64,000 bases of DNA, taken from contig CAJINV010000004.1 in the NCBI GenBank assembly GCA_905178155.1, forward strand, positions 9,524,625 to 9,588,624. The letters run 5' to 3'. Origin of the DNA: Amoebophrya sp. A120 (Eukaryota; Protista; Dinoflagellata). The first letter of the stretch is position 1. Each line of letters starts with the position of its first letter. The notes beneath the pieces were generated by a model. That model did not search any database. It had not been told where the DNA came from and saw nothing but the letters and a program-made list of their open reading frames with translations. The position numbers and the translations under genes are program-made. Shown piece by piece: positions 13,087 to 26,043 of the stretch.

Positions 13087-13583
13087 AGATTTTTGATGAA
13101 GCGAGCACTATGTCGATCGGCAATTGATGCTGTATCGACGAAAGCGCTCAGCGCATGAGCATTATAGAGTGTGTATTTCAACTACATCAGGACTGCCTCC
13201 GTTACAAGACAGCAGAGCGCACCCGCCGGGGCAGCGGGGTCGTCGAGCTCCAGCCGGGCTAAAAAGGGAGACAGCGGACCACCAGCCGATGACAACCCAA
13301 AGCCGACAAGCCTGCAACAAGGGTACGATAAATTTTTGCTACTTGATCAGATGATTTTGATTTCAAAGAAGAGGAAGAACAAGAAGTTGTAGGGCGGGCG
13401 TTATTAATTTCTCCTCGCTCATGCTCTGCCTCCGCGTCAGCAACAGCATGCATGTTGATGAACATGAGTTTGCCATATAATCTGCTCCGCCGGCGCAAAA
13501 GTAATATTCTACTAGACGTGAACAAATCATGAATCCTCGTCCACAGGACCGTTCCCTACAGCGAGCCGTCGACGGAGGTCTTC

Positions 13584-15107
13584 ATGAAGAATCCCAACCT
13601 GCAGCCCTTCCGGCAAGTGCCGCGAAACGCCGCGCCGGCCTCACGGGTAGTGAAAACCCCACCACAAAACTTCAACCCGGCGGATATTCGGGTGGCGGTG
13701 CGAAAAGAGGTTGCTAAGGTATCTAACGTACTAGCTGTAATCTTCCCTTCATCGAGGAGTATAGTAGTTGTACCGATAATACCAAGATTGTTGGGATTGG
13801 CAGTTCTAAGTGCAGCGAAATTTTCAATGCATTGGTGGAGCAGTTCTTGATATAAGAAAAATAAATGAAAAAAAACACTCATCTCCCAGCCCGGTTTCTC
13901 CACGCGCAAAGCGCCGAAGTTCAACCCGGAGAAGGTCTCGCCCGGCGCGTTTTTTGTTCCTCTTCAAGCTCCGGATGCAAACGAAATCAAGCCCGGGCCG
14001 CGGAACCCACCGAAGTCCAAGTCAGACCCAGAATACATCGACCCAGAAGACGTGCTCGCGGCGATCAATGCGGACGGCAGTTACGCAGGCCACGAGGCAG
14101 GACGCTTGCAGAGAGAAAAGGAAGAGGCGGAAATGGAGGCAAAGAAGAAATATGCCGTGAAGATAAACAAAAGTATCGCAGTCGCATATTAAAACATGCA
14201 CTGCAAATGTGATGTTTATACCTGAGTCTGCATTTACAAACTCCATTTTTGTTGCTGAAAATTTTGTGATGTAATTTTGCCACTTTTTTTTACTTAATTA
14301 TGCGATAGAATAGGATACTTTTGCCATGCATAGGAAGGAGGCCATGGCCAAACTGGGAAAAATGGCGGTGCCTATGCCGGACTGGCCGCTGCACCCGCAA
14401 ACGGGGGAGAAGTTGGACGGGTATCCGTTCGTCCGAAAGTGGCTGGAAGACGAAATTCGCTCGAAGGATAAGCCGTACTATCCGAAAACAAGGCCAAACG
14501 AACCGTTCACCTTTTTCAACACGCTGGGGAGGAGAAACGGTATACGTTGATTTGTTGCGAACTTAATAAACTTATTGTGATCCTACTAGGTAGGGTTTCG
14601 CTCGTCGTCTTTTTCGTGCAATAATGTTGCTGCAGCTGCGGGTACAGACTTGACATTCGCTACATACTTTTGGAGACTTGTCATGCCACACAAAATAAAG
14701 CTACCGACTCTTTATTTTGTGTTTGTCAGGTAAATACTGCATCAAGGGCGTTCCGGACGGTAATTTCCCCTACCAAAAGGAAACGCACAGATCCGTAACT
14801 TACGAGCACGAGTACATTGCGGGGCTGGCGCGACGGAACGACTACAATTTGATCACCAACTATCGCAAGAAAAAACTGTTTCACTGTGAACTTGTGATGC
14901 AGAAGATGGAACACAGACCTATTTGTATTGCTACACTTGCAAGACATTGCATTTTCGAGCGTCTTTTCCCTTGGGAAGAGCGCATGGCAAATTTTCTGTG
15001 TCATGAGTACGGAACTTGTGATGCAGATTTTGCAAAATCACCACTGTGAAACAGTTTTTCGGTGGGATACCAACGATGGGTTACCGCCGCTGGACCAGGA
15101 TTACTGA
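13584..15107 (+). CDS. Hypothetical protein (multi-exon; start uncertain)
   Basis: Exon segments MKNPNLQPF..., ...EAEMEAKKK|EAMAKLGKM..., ...DYNLITN|DGLPPLDQDY* join in frame across the two elements. Confidence 0.6.
14151..14332. mobile_element. Introner, degenerate family A-like
   Basis: TATGCC...CAAAAGTATCG / GATACTTTTGCCATGCATA; diverged DR AGAAA/GGAAG; frame restored by removing element + 5 bp. Confidence 0.7.
14861..15069. mobile_element. Introner / non-canonical intron
   Basis: TATCGCAAGAAAAAACTGTTTCAC...GTGAAACAGTTTTTCGGTGGGATA; DR CCAAC. Confidence 0.85.
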
Positions 15108-16298
15108 TTTGGGACGTGGTGACCAAGGAGGTCGGGATGATTCGCATTCGCATATTTGTGCGGATCGACGTACCGAGCGTGTTTGCCGTTTGTTTATGTT
15201 TTACTCTTGTATAATGACCACGTTTTCAATATACAAATCCGAACACAAATAGCTTTATTTCCTGGTGAACAAGACTAAAAAATGTTGACGAGTGAGTAAA
15301 AATGTTGCCGAATAATTCTAAATGAGCGAGAGATGTATCAAGTTCATCACGTCCTTGATAGCTATAGCAAGCCAATAGATCGATGCATTGTTGTAAAATG
15401 TTTTGACACGATGTTGATGAGAGCTTTGACCTACGAGATTGCGCGTTGTGATTAGCAGCTTCTGCAACATCCTCATCCGCTGTACAGAACAAATAAACAA
15501 GGATGATGTAGTAGAAACGACGACGAATTCATTGTCCCCTGTAAATCATTAACTGGGCAAAATCTTCAATCAAGAGGCTGGCTTCATCAGTTTCTGCAGC
15601 CTCAAGCCCCCCTCGCAGGCCATAATTTTCTGACAACAATGGGACTGTTCCGTCCAGGTTCGTGTTTTTTCTCTTCCCCTCACGTTGATGTTTCATACTA
15701 AACTAGAACTCTCTGTCCCAATAGTTGCACCTTCTCATTCTAGCTACGATGGTGTTTTATTCGTGTCGTCGTAGCTTTCTTGTTTTCAAGAGCAGGAAAG
15801 AATCCTGGCGAACTACAGAACCAAAAGCAGACTTTCTTTTATGCATGTAGGTCGTGTGCGGAGTACTTTATTATTTAGGTTTATCTACTTTATTCTTTTC
15901 CATTGACCTCTGTCACATGCGCATCTCGATCTGCTGAGCTTTTTGTGTCGCACAGCACAATTTGAATTTTTGAATTTGGTGGTCCACGTCGTTCGTCGGT
16001 AAAAGAAGATGTGTCTCTATTGACGCATGCTGATAGTTACCGTCGAAGAAAAGATGTCATTCTTCATCGCCTGTTGTCGCCAGTATTATACATTCGTGAA
16101 GAAACAGTTTTGAAAGTTCTTCTTCTAACCGTCCGCCTTCCACCGTTTGTCGTTTTGCGTGTTTGATCTTTGGGCTCGGCACGACCCGGTGGTCCCGTCT
16201 GTTCCATCCGTCGCGGTGGTCACCGAAATAAACCCTTTGAAAACCGACGTCGCAGGAGGTGGAGGGCAGGAGGTGGAGGCCTTTGTGTGATCCACAGT

Positions 16299-18844
16299 AT
16301 GGCCTGGAAACTGAACCGTCCGCGCATCCCCTCGGACGATAGCAACAATAATTTTGAGGTGGATGGCACCGCACTACATCATCAGTCACCAGAACAGCGA
16401 CACCAGAGCACGGGCAATCATCTACAACCAGTAACGCGACAGCCGTCTTATGAACTGCAAAAGTATCGTATTCGTAGTATTGCAACACAAATTACCCCAG
16501 CATGACAAACGGAATCATGCTGATTTAGCTTGAAAATGAAATTTGTCTTGCATGACTGTGATTACTACGAGTACGATACTTTTGCACCGGATACGTCTAT
16601 CGCCAGCACGATGTACGCGTCCGGCTCAGGCGGCAACCTATCCAGGAAAATAAAACACCCATCAACATCCAATTTGTCATGCAAAACACGTATGAAATCC
16701 CGTGTTTGTCATGCGAAAAAAGGATGGGAATGGGTTTTTTTACTTTTTCTGTGGATAAAACCCGCCGACGTCCTCCACCTCCCTCGGAGGTTCGTCCCCG
16801 GCCCCTTCCACGCCCGAGCAATCCTTCATCCCCGGCTTCGGCGAGATGAGCGCCCAGTTTCACTCCGCGCTCGCGGCAGAGCGGCAACGGATGCTGATGA
16901 AGGGCATCGGGCCGGGTGGGCCAACTACAACATCTTCCTCCAGCACGAGTCCCTACAGAGTAGGGGGTTCATCTTCGCGCGGTACTAGATACGCGGGCGC
17001 GTCACTGCACTGTAGGTACTGTGGGCTGCCGCACACGGGAGATTTTCCGGTGACTCTGAACGGGAATCCTGTCGTGATCGACCAGAATCTGGACCCCGTG
17101 GTCACCTGCTGCCCTAACGCGAGATGTACAGTACATCATGTACAACTTCAACTTCTATTGGATAAAAATAAATTAGTACGAAGCTCTGCTCGTGTTGATG
17201 AAGACGAAAACTCGGACGAGGCGTTTATTTTCATACTGTTGCTGCTACAGCTTTTGTTTCGCAAAGCGCAAGTTTCTTGCTGCATAAGCAGCACGCATTC
17301 CATACATATGATGGCAACATGAAAAAAAAAATGAAGGTAAGAAACCGCTACCCAAGTGCATGATTTGCCAGCTTCCACTATCCACAGTAAATTTCCTGTA
17401 CACGTACAAATGCAGTCCCTGCATGACAAAACTTGCCTTCAATCCTAGTGTAGCATGACAAGTTGGACACTGCAAGTTAGCGAAATTTGTCATGCATTTT
17501 GTACATGTACAGGAAATTTACATTGCATATCCACTTAAGTGCGCGGTGAAGAAGAACGAGAACCTGATTCCGCTGGGCGACTACACCGTGTTCTGCATGA
17601 CGTGTCACCACGGAGGACACCTGAAATGCGTGCAAGCCTGGAAGGAGCAGGAGCTGAAGCGAATAGCGCGGGAGGAATTGGACGACGTGTTTGGGCATTT
17701 GGTGGACTTGCCTCTGGCAGAATTGCAGGAAAGGGTAAGGGAGAAGGAGAGGCAGGAACAAAGTGATGCACAAGCTGCAGCAGCAGCAGCAGAAGCTGCA
17801 GCTGCGTCCTCGTCAGCTTCCGCACCTCCTCCTTCCGCATCTACTTCCCCAGAAGAGAACGCGAAGAACACCGAAGCAGGGAACAAGGACCCCGGAGATG
17901 ATGATGCAGATCATGATCCGATTTGTCGGCCCGCTGGCGGTATGCATTGCAAAAGTATCGTATGCATTGCAAATTTCCTCAACATGAGAAATAAAATTTG
18001 TAATGTGGATGTACGATAAGAAAAAGATTTGTAATGCTGCAAGACTTGCATTTATACGAGTACGATACTTCTGCAGTTCATAGGCGGTCCCGTTCGCTCC
18101 GCTTCGAAACAGCCACTACCCCGTATGAAAGTGCACAACTCCCCCTCCCCCTCGTTTGTTTTGCAAAATTCCAAATCCACGCTTTGCCTGTTAGCACTGT
18201 TTGCATGACAGATTCCGAAATCCAAAACAGCACTACAATCCTCTAGGAATTTGTCATGCTGAAGCTGCATCTTTGCCAGCGCTTGTGTTTCTGTTCATGC
18301 AAGAACACAACGGGGGGTGGGGGAGTTGTGCACTCTCATACCCCGTCCTCGAAAGATACCGTGCTGCCCAGTGCCAGGGTGTGACTGCACTTTTTGCTTT
18401 GCGCCGATAGACGAGGACTCCTCGTCCGATGAAGAAGAGGAGGCGGGGGCTGGTGGGGCGGCCGAACAAGTGATAAACGAAAACGAGGAAGTAAGAACCA
18501 CCCCAGCGCGACGGGATTTTTATAACCCAGATGCTGGTCTTCAAGTTCAAGGTCATCTGCTAGGCCTACCTCTGTCGATCGACGCCATTGGGGAAGATGA
18601 ACCATCGACGCACACAGGAGAAAGAAATCCTGTCGGCCGGGATGGAGGAGGTCCTCGTGTGGAAATGCAACTGCAAGTGCAAGATATGGATAGCCCTGTA
18701 CTATTTCCAGGAGGTTTTGGTGGGAGTCCTAGCAACAACGTCGGTCTTCGAGGAACTACAGATCCTCGGGCGGAGTTTACGCCACTCTCCCTAGACGACG
18801 AGGAGTCAGAGTTTGCTCTGAACATAGAGGACGAGTCGTATTGA
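16299..18844 (+). CDS. MIOS/Sea4 (GATOR2)-like zinc-ribbon/RING protein, interrupted by 5 introners
   Basis: Reconstructed CRYC...CCPNARC...KPLPKCMICQLPL...FCMTCHHGGHLKCVQAW...CCPVPGCDC resembles the MIOS C-terminus; acidic tail. Confidence 0.6.
16449..16593. mobile_element. Introner, family A
   Basis: TATGAACTGCAAAAGTATCGTATTCGTAGT...ACTACGAGTACGATACTTTTGCACCGGATA; DR CGTCT. Confidence 0.9.
16639..16757. mobile_element. Introner / non-canonical intron
   Basis: TATCCAGGAAAATAAAACACCCAT...ATGGGTTTTTTTACTTTTTCTGTGGATA; DR CAACC/AAACC; frame restored. Confidence 0.8.
17379..17529. mobile_element. Introner / non-canonical intron
   Basis: TATCCACAGTAAATTTCCTGTACACGTACAAA...TTTGTACATGTACAGGAAATTTACATTGCATA; DR TCCAC; splits CQLP|LKC. 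Confidence 0.9.
17941..18082. mobile_element. Introner, family A
   Basis: TATGCATTGCAAAAGTATCGTA...TACGATACTTCTGCAGTTCATA; DR GGCGG. Confidence 0.9.
18124..18340. mobile_element. Introner, family B
   Basis: TATGAAAGTGCACAACTCCCCC...GGGGGAGTTGTGCACTCTCATA; DR CCCCG. Confidence 0.9.
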
Positions 18845-21045
18845 GCAGGCCAGCAATAGCACCTCCCGCATCAACAGCGGATCGTAACAACCGGCGCGGA
18901 GTACTAGAGCAGCCTGCTACATGCAAGAACAACCAGTGGCACTCCTAATGCTAACGGTAATGCGCGGCTGTCAACTGCAACGGTTCCTTTTCCTCTCCCC
19001 CGGCCCGGCATGGGACGAGGTCATGACGAGCAGCAGTACTTCTTCACTTACGACGGGTGCTGGCAAGAACCGCGCAAGGCCAACACGGCGAAGCAGCAGC
19101 AGGCGGGCAAGAGGCAAATAATATTCCTCGGAGTTGCTCAAGCTCAAGAGCTGCTGCATCTTCTGCTGCAAAACTGGAAACATGGTCATGGAGGAGTGGA
19201 TGGTGCAAAAAAGCCGGATTCAAGATGAACTCGCAGCGTTTTATTTTGAAGTTTTTTAGCAGTATAGGTTTGAGTATGCTTGATACAGTAGAAAAAGAAA
19301 AACTACAGGCTGACCATTTATATTTTCAGTTTTGGTTCAATAATGGTAAAATGCAAATGGACGTTTTCCAAATGCTAAATTAACATGACGAGAGCGCCAC
19401 TCTCAGTCCTCTCCCTCTTCTGTCTAAGTCTGCAAAATGGTATTGATTTTTTTGATGCTTTATTCTAAATATGTAAGTACACTAAAAACCCTCTTCGACT
19501 GGTGTTGCTCCTGGTCGTTCGTACACTATTTCACTGAGGATGGTGGAAACACGATACTTAGTGATTAAAACTCTGCTGGACGCTCTACTGCATTGAGCTT
19601 GGCGCGCGTCCCGAGGGTTTGTTTTTCAATGAAGACTCAATAAACACTTGAGATGTCGCATTGAGTTCGACTGCGTATTCTCGTCGTCCCATGCTGCTTT
19701 TTCCAGATTTTTTCAAACAAAGTACTAAGCTACGTACCGCTACCGACTAGTGATAGTGTACAACTTTTAGAAACGGATCCGACACCTCCACATCAATCAC
19801 ACCTGGTGGAGCACGAGCACCCGGCGGCGCACACGCACTACACGGCCTCGTCGCACTCCGACGGACTACACGATTGACTTTGACAAGAGCCAGAGTATGA
19901 TAAAGAGGAGGAGCTGCAAAAATGCGGTCCCGGTCAAATCGGACGAGAAGCAGCGGAACAATAAATCGCGAGAGGAACGAGCCGCATCGTGGTGGACTTC
20001 TTCGGCACTTCTTAACGCCGGGCGGCTGGTGCTGCTCTCCGAAAACCACGACTCTCAAGAAGTAGCACGACATCGTCGACAAAATAAAAACGGCGGATCG
20101 TGTGGAGGTACTATCTCGGCGACAAGGACAACCAGAAGAGAATGCTGTTGCGGGCTCGCAGGCTTCTTCTGTTCCTATTCTCGATAGCTAGGATAGGCAG
20201 TGCTGTCGCACAGCACCACGCCGAGCCGCTGCACTCCATCTGTCGTGTTGTAGTACTATTCCGGATTGCTCAAGCATATGCCGCCGCAATCTACAACTTC
20301 CAAGACTGCAATAGAAATTGCTCATGTCGGCCCACCAGCCGCCGATATTCACATGAAACGCAGACATAGCTGAGCTTCTACTTGTTGGAAAAGAACACAT
20401 TGTTGAAGAAGTGTAAGACCGGAAGGCAAATAAAAGCTTTTTCCACAAAACGGAGAAACACAATAAACGACGAAGGTGTCAAGATATTTTTCGTCTGAGG
20501 GAGGTGAAGTAGTAGTTGTCTTCACATGATTTCTTCACGACCTAGCGCCATGCTCGTCCTCGTAGGGCTTGTTGCCATAATAAATAAAAAATAATCGTAA
20601 TCCGTGCGAAAAAAAACGATCTCTTCCCCGTCGGGGAATGAAGCTAGGACCTACAGGATGCCATCGGTTGCGGTTTTTGAGAGATCACGTTATGATGTTT
20701 ATTCGGTTTCTTAGCGAGCGACCAAACGAACGCCACAGACAATCGTGAAAGAAGTCGGACCGCGTTTTTCTTGTGCCACACCGATCGAAAGGAGTGAAGA
20801 GGACAACAGGAGATCGGTGTTGAGCGATGAGCTCGTTTTCACTTCTGGTAAAAGTTTATTTGCAGCTGTTCTTGAAAGAGGGTTGTATTCGTATTTCTGC
20901 AAAAATTGTCGTCCACAACTCTTGTTGGAGCAGCTATAAGGTGTTCATCGTGACTAGATTCATCGCTTTTATTAGCAATATTTACCGCGTAACTTCTCCA
21001 GGACCCCATTGTTCAACGTCGCATTATGTCACCATCATCCTCCTG

Positions 21046-21643
21046 GAGCGGAGTAACAACTAGGCCAACTAACTCGGGATTCCAAGCGCGAAAGTTTTTC
21101 GGGCGGCCGAGACTGGTCGCCACGCACGAGTTCCCTAGCCAGGTAACTCGTGGCGACCACTAGCTAGCAGGCAACTCGTGCTGGCAAGGGCCGACGATCG
21201 CGCAGTTTGTGACAGCCGGAATTCCCTATGCGGATTTGTGCTTTTGTGCATGCTATTTGTGCTTTTGGGGTCTTTTTGAAAGTCGGCGGGGCAGCGTTTT
21301 CGCTTTCTTTGCAACGCAGGCGGTGCCTGTTATTTTGTCATGGCGAGATATAACCTGCCGCGAAGCTAACATTTATGAAGCGCAACAATTTTACACGCTT
21401 TCCGACCTCTGAAGCGAGTTTTTTAATGAAAGCACAAAAATTATGCACAAAACCGCAGGAATTGCATACGTTGCCAGGACGTTTTCAAAACACACCTCTG
21501 ACCGAAGTCGTCGGCTCCGGAGTCGCTATATAGAAAAACTTTCGCGCTTAGAATCCCGAGTTAGTCGTCCGGCCGCCCGGATTCGGCCGGCCGGGTGACT
21601 AACTCGGGGAGCCGAGTTAGTTGGCGTAGTTGTTACTCCGCTC
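21046..21643. mobile_element. MITE, PIF/Harbinger (Tourist)-like
   Basis: TIR GAGCGGAGTAACAACTAGGCCAACTAACTCGG / CCGAGTTAGTTGGCGTAGTTGTTACTCCGCTC, inner inverted repeat AAGCGCGAAAGTTTTTC, 3-bp TSD CTG. Confidence 0.75.
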
Positions 21644-21705
21644 CTGTTATTGTTGAGAAGTAGTTTCTTTCTCTATCATTTTTCCCACAGAAGAGCAACC
21701 ACAAA

Positions 21706-22683
21706 ATGTCACGAAAGCAAGCCGGCAAGGAAGTCTCCAAGGACGAAAAGTACTTGGCTACTCTGTTGCATCATTCCCATTTGTTAGTTCCACAGTTTTT
21801 AATCGGTTTTTGCCATGCTGATGACCTGCAGGAGATGGAGAGCAACAGCAAGTCAATGCAAGTTGTGCAAGACAAGAAAAAGAAACTATATACAAGAACT
21901 CCCTCAGATCATGAAGACTCATCATGGGAAATAACTTAACATCAAAAACCCATTGTCAACAGGTTGGTGACGCTCCTGGACCGCGTCGCTGGCAACCTTC
22001 TCGAGGAGCGGCCGGAGGCCGGTGAGGCCGCGTATGACTTGCTCAAACGTTACAATCTCAAACGTTGCAATAGAGTCTGGAACTTGTGTTGCATGATGAG
22101 CATGACAGACTCGCACAGCGTTCCACTTTTTGCCATACAAATTTCGCCAGATTGTAGTGGGGTTCGGGGCTCCGGAACTTGTCATGCGCAGTCCTATGAG
22201 AGTTGGCTAGATCATGCACTCTTGCATCACAGATTTCCATATTCTATTGTAACGTTTGAGACTGTAACACCTGAGCGGGTTATACCGCGTGGAAGAACGT
22301 TCTGGAGACCCTGTACGAACAACACCCACTGTACGCGGTATCAGAGTGCACAACTCCCCTTTCCCCTCATTTGTCATGCAAAACCCCAAAACCAAGTCTA
22401 ATCCAGGCTTAGCACATTTGCATGACAGATTCCGGAAGCTGCTCAAAGCCAAACAGTACTACACTAGGCGCATGAAAATTTGTCATGCACAGGCTCCACT
22501 TCGTGTGCTGGTGTTTGTATTGCTGTCCATGCAATTATAGTACAAATGAGGGGGAGGGTGTGTTGTGCACTCTGATACGCGGGGCAAATGGAGCGGAAGC
22601 GGCTCTTGCGTCACCGCGAAAAGCTCGAGAAAACGCTCGTGTCGGCGAGAAAAGCCCTCACCACCGTCGGGGCAGGACAGTGA
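21706..22683 (+). CDS. Small protein with possible RIIa/Dpy-30-like docking motif
   Basis: MSRKQAGKEVSKDEK|...LVTLLDRVAGNLLEERPEAGEAA|WKNVLETLYEQHPLYA|GQMERKRLL...AGQ*; two GT-AG introns and two introners. Confidence 0.65.
22033..22284. mobile_element. Introner, family C
   Basis: TATGACTTGCTCAAACGTTACAATCTCAAACGTT...AACGTTTGAGACTGTAACACCTGAGCGGGTTATA; DR CCGCG. Confidence 0.9.
22339..22577. mobile_element. Introner, family B
   Basis: TATCAGAGTGCACAAC...GTTGTGCACTCTGATA; DR CGCGG. Confidence 0.9.
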
Positions 22684-25600
22684 GCAAGTAGATCAGGAGC
22701 AATTCTTGTTGCGGAACAAGATGCGGCTGCAAAAGAAGCTCCGACATCAAATTGGTCACGAGTATCAAATGTAACAAGAAGAATACAGAAGTACTTACTA
22801 AGCTACACCCTCCTAGTACATGCTCAGGAAGTCAACAAAAAAGCCGCAAAAACGTCGACTGATTATGCTATGGAGAGGTCGCGAAATCAAACGAACAATC
22901 ACCTCCTCCTACTGCTGACGTTGAGATGAAATAAGATAATATCATCAGCAAGAAGAAAACACGGGCTTGACTTTTTGTGGCTTCTAGAACTAGTTGATAA
23001 ATATCCCCACCCAAGCTTCATATACAGAATTTGCAAGATTTGCGTTTCGTCTTCTATCGCAATTTGATCAGATGAAATATTTTAGTGCACCAGAAAAATG
23101 AGCGCGTGCGTTCCTTCTTGTCCGAGCGGAACGCGCCGAACCAGCTGTGGTTCTTGCAGCTGCTGAGAAGAGTACCGATTTTTCGCAGCTCTGAAGATGT
23201 TCGAGGAAGTCCACGTCCCATTGTTGCCTATTGAGTCGTCGGTTCTAGTACTTCGCCCCCGAATTGTTACGTCATATAAGACGTTGTAATAATTATGACA
23301 CGCGGGGTGTAGTGTTTATTCCGTTGCGTCCTCCCTCGATCTGTCGCTATGGTGGACGAAAACAGGAACGCATGCTGTCCTCGTGTTTCATCTTTTCGTG
23401 TGGATATTAACTCTGAGTCATTCCGTCGTGGTTTCTGTCAGTTGCTTGCTTTTGCGATTTGGATCCAGGGCGGCCTAGCAAGCAAGCTCGACATCAGATC
23501 AGATATGCAGGGCGATCTTAACCATCGTGCTTGCACAAGTTCCAGTTGACCGCCACGAGCTCACTCATAATTTAGGTTTCGATCCACCACCACCTTCCAA
23601 CAGTGTTACAAGCTCTTTCAAATGAGACTATGCCGTGATGATCAAAAACATTTATATCTCAGTGGTCTCACGACCTTGATTCGCGAAATGATATAATAAT
23701 AACGATCTTCGTTCATTGCAAGTGCAACACAAAGAGGATCTACGATGCGTATGTAACGAAATGGTATGAATAGTTATGATTTCGGATCGCTTTTACAACG
23801 AATGCCGAAAGAATTTCCAATACTTCTCTAGGAAGCAATTCGTGTGAAGATGTCTTTTCTAATTGTAGGCGAGATCAGAATGTAAGTGATGATCGATCCT
23901 GATTCCCAGTGCTCTCGTGATGGAATGACATGGAAATCTGTGATCTCAAGCGACGTGATCAGTATGAAACTATCACACTGACACGGTGCACATTCACAGC
24001 GTTGAACGTGAATCCTCATTCTGAGCTTCCATCCTTTCAGGAGACGAAGTAGATGAAACGGACGGAAGATTTTCAATCGAAGACACGCCAGTCCTCTACG
24101 CGGGCCGAGCAGGAGAGCAAGTTGTACCGCTCGTCCTGGCGGGAGAGCAAGAAAATTGTCGGCACGATGAAATAAAGTCATCCGGGGCAAAGGTAAAGGG
24201 ACCGAATAAACGCGACACCCACAGTGGTTTTGAGGGGATTAACTCCTCTTCCCCGAGTGCCGCGAGAAATCGGATGATAGCCACTTCAACAACTTCTACC
24301 CGAGAACAGCAAACCACTTCCACTGCTTCACATGCTCTTGCTTCCCATACTGCGGCCGAGATTTCCACTAAGCACCAAACGTCGCTACAAAATTACGATG
24401 GCAGGAACGTGCGTCACTTTCACGCGAGCTCTGATGAAACTGCCACTCCTACTAGCTTTAAAAAACTCACCGCAAAGCGCAACGAGCAGCAGCCGCAGCA
24501 CCGTTTCTTCTTCAAAAACGGAAAGAAAATACACGAAGCACCGCCAGTGTTTGAAGGAGGAGAGAAGGAGATTAAAGGAGAAATGATTTGAAGCGCAGGC
24601 GACGAAGGTAAAAAGTAAGGAAAAAAAACATTTTTCTGTAGTCCACTCACGCATCCCAGAAGGTTAGTGCCCATATGGTAGGCTTTTATTTATACTTTCA
24701 CTGGAAACAAGTTCTATTTAGTTCGTCCTTCTCCTTGGGCTTACGCTTTGGTTGCGAACTTCTACTGCAGGCATCCACCTATGCCGTGTGCCTCTATGCC
24801 TTCTACCCCTGTGCCTTTGAATAGCGAGCCTAAGTTGGATATACACATGCTTCATTTCCTTCTCCACAAACGTCTAGTCATTACCTTCAGCTGTTGATCC
24901 GACGAGACCCGCACTAAGAATTCCTATTCCGTCGAGGCCGGAATGCAGTGTGCAGCAGGAGTCAATCCGCTACAAGTCTCGTGCTGGTGTTAGGCTGCGT
25001 GACCACAACAACAAGAAAATGTCAAAATGCGAATAAATCTAGTGAGTAGACCTTTTCGATACGCATGTGAATGTGCTGCATTTTTTATCTCTACTGTAGA
25101 ATAATCTTTGGCTGAACATGATAAGTATCTATAATCTTCAGAGCAGCGAGTACTGTAAGTATGCATCATTATTGAGTGAGCAACGAGGAGAAAGTTGTGC
25201 GGGCAATAATGCAAAATTCTTGCCACATGAACATGGTTGGACAGAACCCAATCGCGTAAATGTGAACAAGCTGAGTAGTGAGTACATAAAACCAACTACA
25301 TGTTTCAGGCAACTACACGTGACACCAATGATCATGTTGGAAAGAGACTGCGGGGCCGCCTGACACGTGCCACTCGACCAACTACTGACTCTGCTACACC
25401 ACAAGACATTAATGATAAAGTTTTCTGTGCTCTTTCAAAATAAAAATCGGCCCTCTATCGTGATAGAAATTTTGATCCACAAGAGCGCGTTCGCTCTCTC
25501 GGCAGGGACATGTCGTGTCAATACACCGTCTTCGTGGGTCGTTGGGCAAAAAATACCGTTCACAATCGCACCAGGTCGTAAGTACTTAACCGTAAGATGT

Positions 25601-26043
25601 GGTCAAAATAAAGCCGTTTTCGTGTGCGTCAACATCGTAAAAAAAGCAAGAAGAAACCACTCAGCAGCAGTGGAATTGCAAGTGGTTGGGTCAACATCAA
25701 GTTCAAAGTGTGTGGTCGCTGTTGACCACAGGTTCGTCTCCATTTCACGACGGTTTTGAAGGTGGCATGAATTGCACCTTCTCAGAAGATACAGATAGCT
25801 CATTTTTATTTGCGTTTTTGATGCTCCTCTTCTGTACTAGGTTTAGATGGAACTAGAAGCTTCACCACGCATAGATTCTCCGATCACCGAGATCATCTTT
25901 TACTCTTTCGAGACGGTGCTGAGGTTCGTGAGAGGACCCTCTTTGCCGACGAGATGTTGGTCTACTAGCTGCACCATCGAACTGTCGTGTCCTTCACTCT
26001 CCTTTGCTTCAAGTTCAAATAAATCTTGAATACGACACAGAAA

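Noticed and set aside
20622-20670. TCCCCGTCGGGGAAT resembling a tRNA-Asp 3' end on the minus strand
   Set aside because: The T-loop and remaining arms cannot be built; at most a relic.
22700-26000. Short ORFs in the long gap (e.g. 24274-24591)
   Set aside because: No recognisable domains or convincing coding bias; cannot be supported without RNA data.
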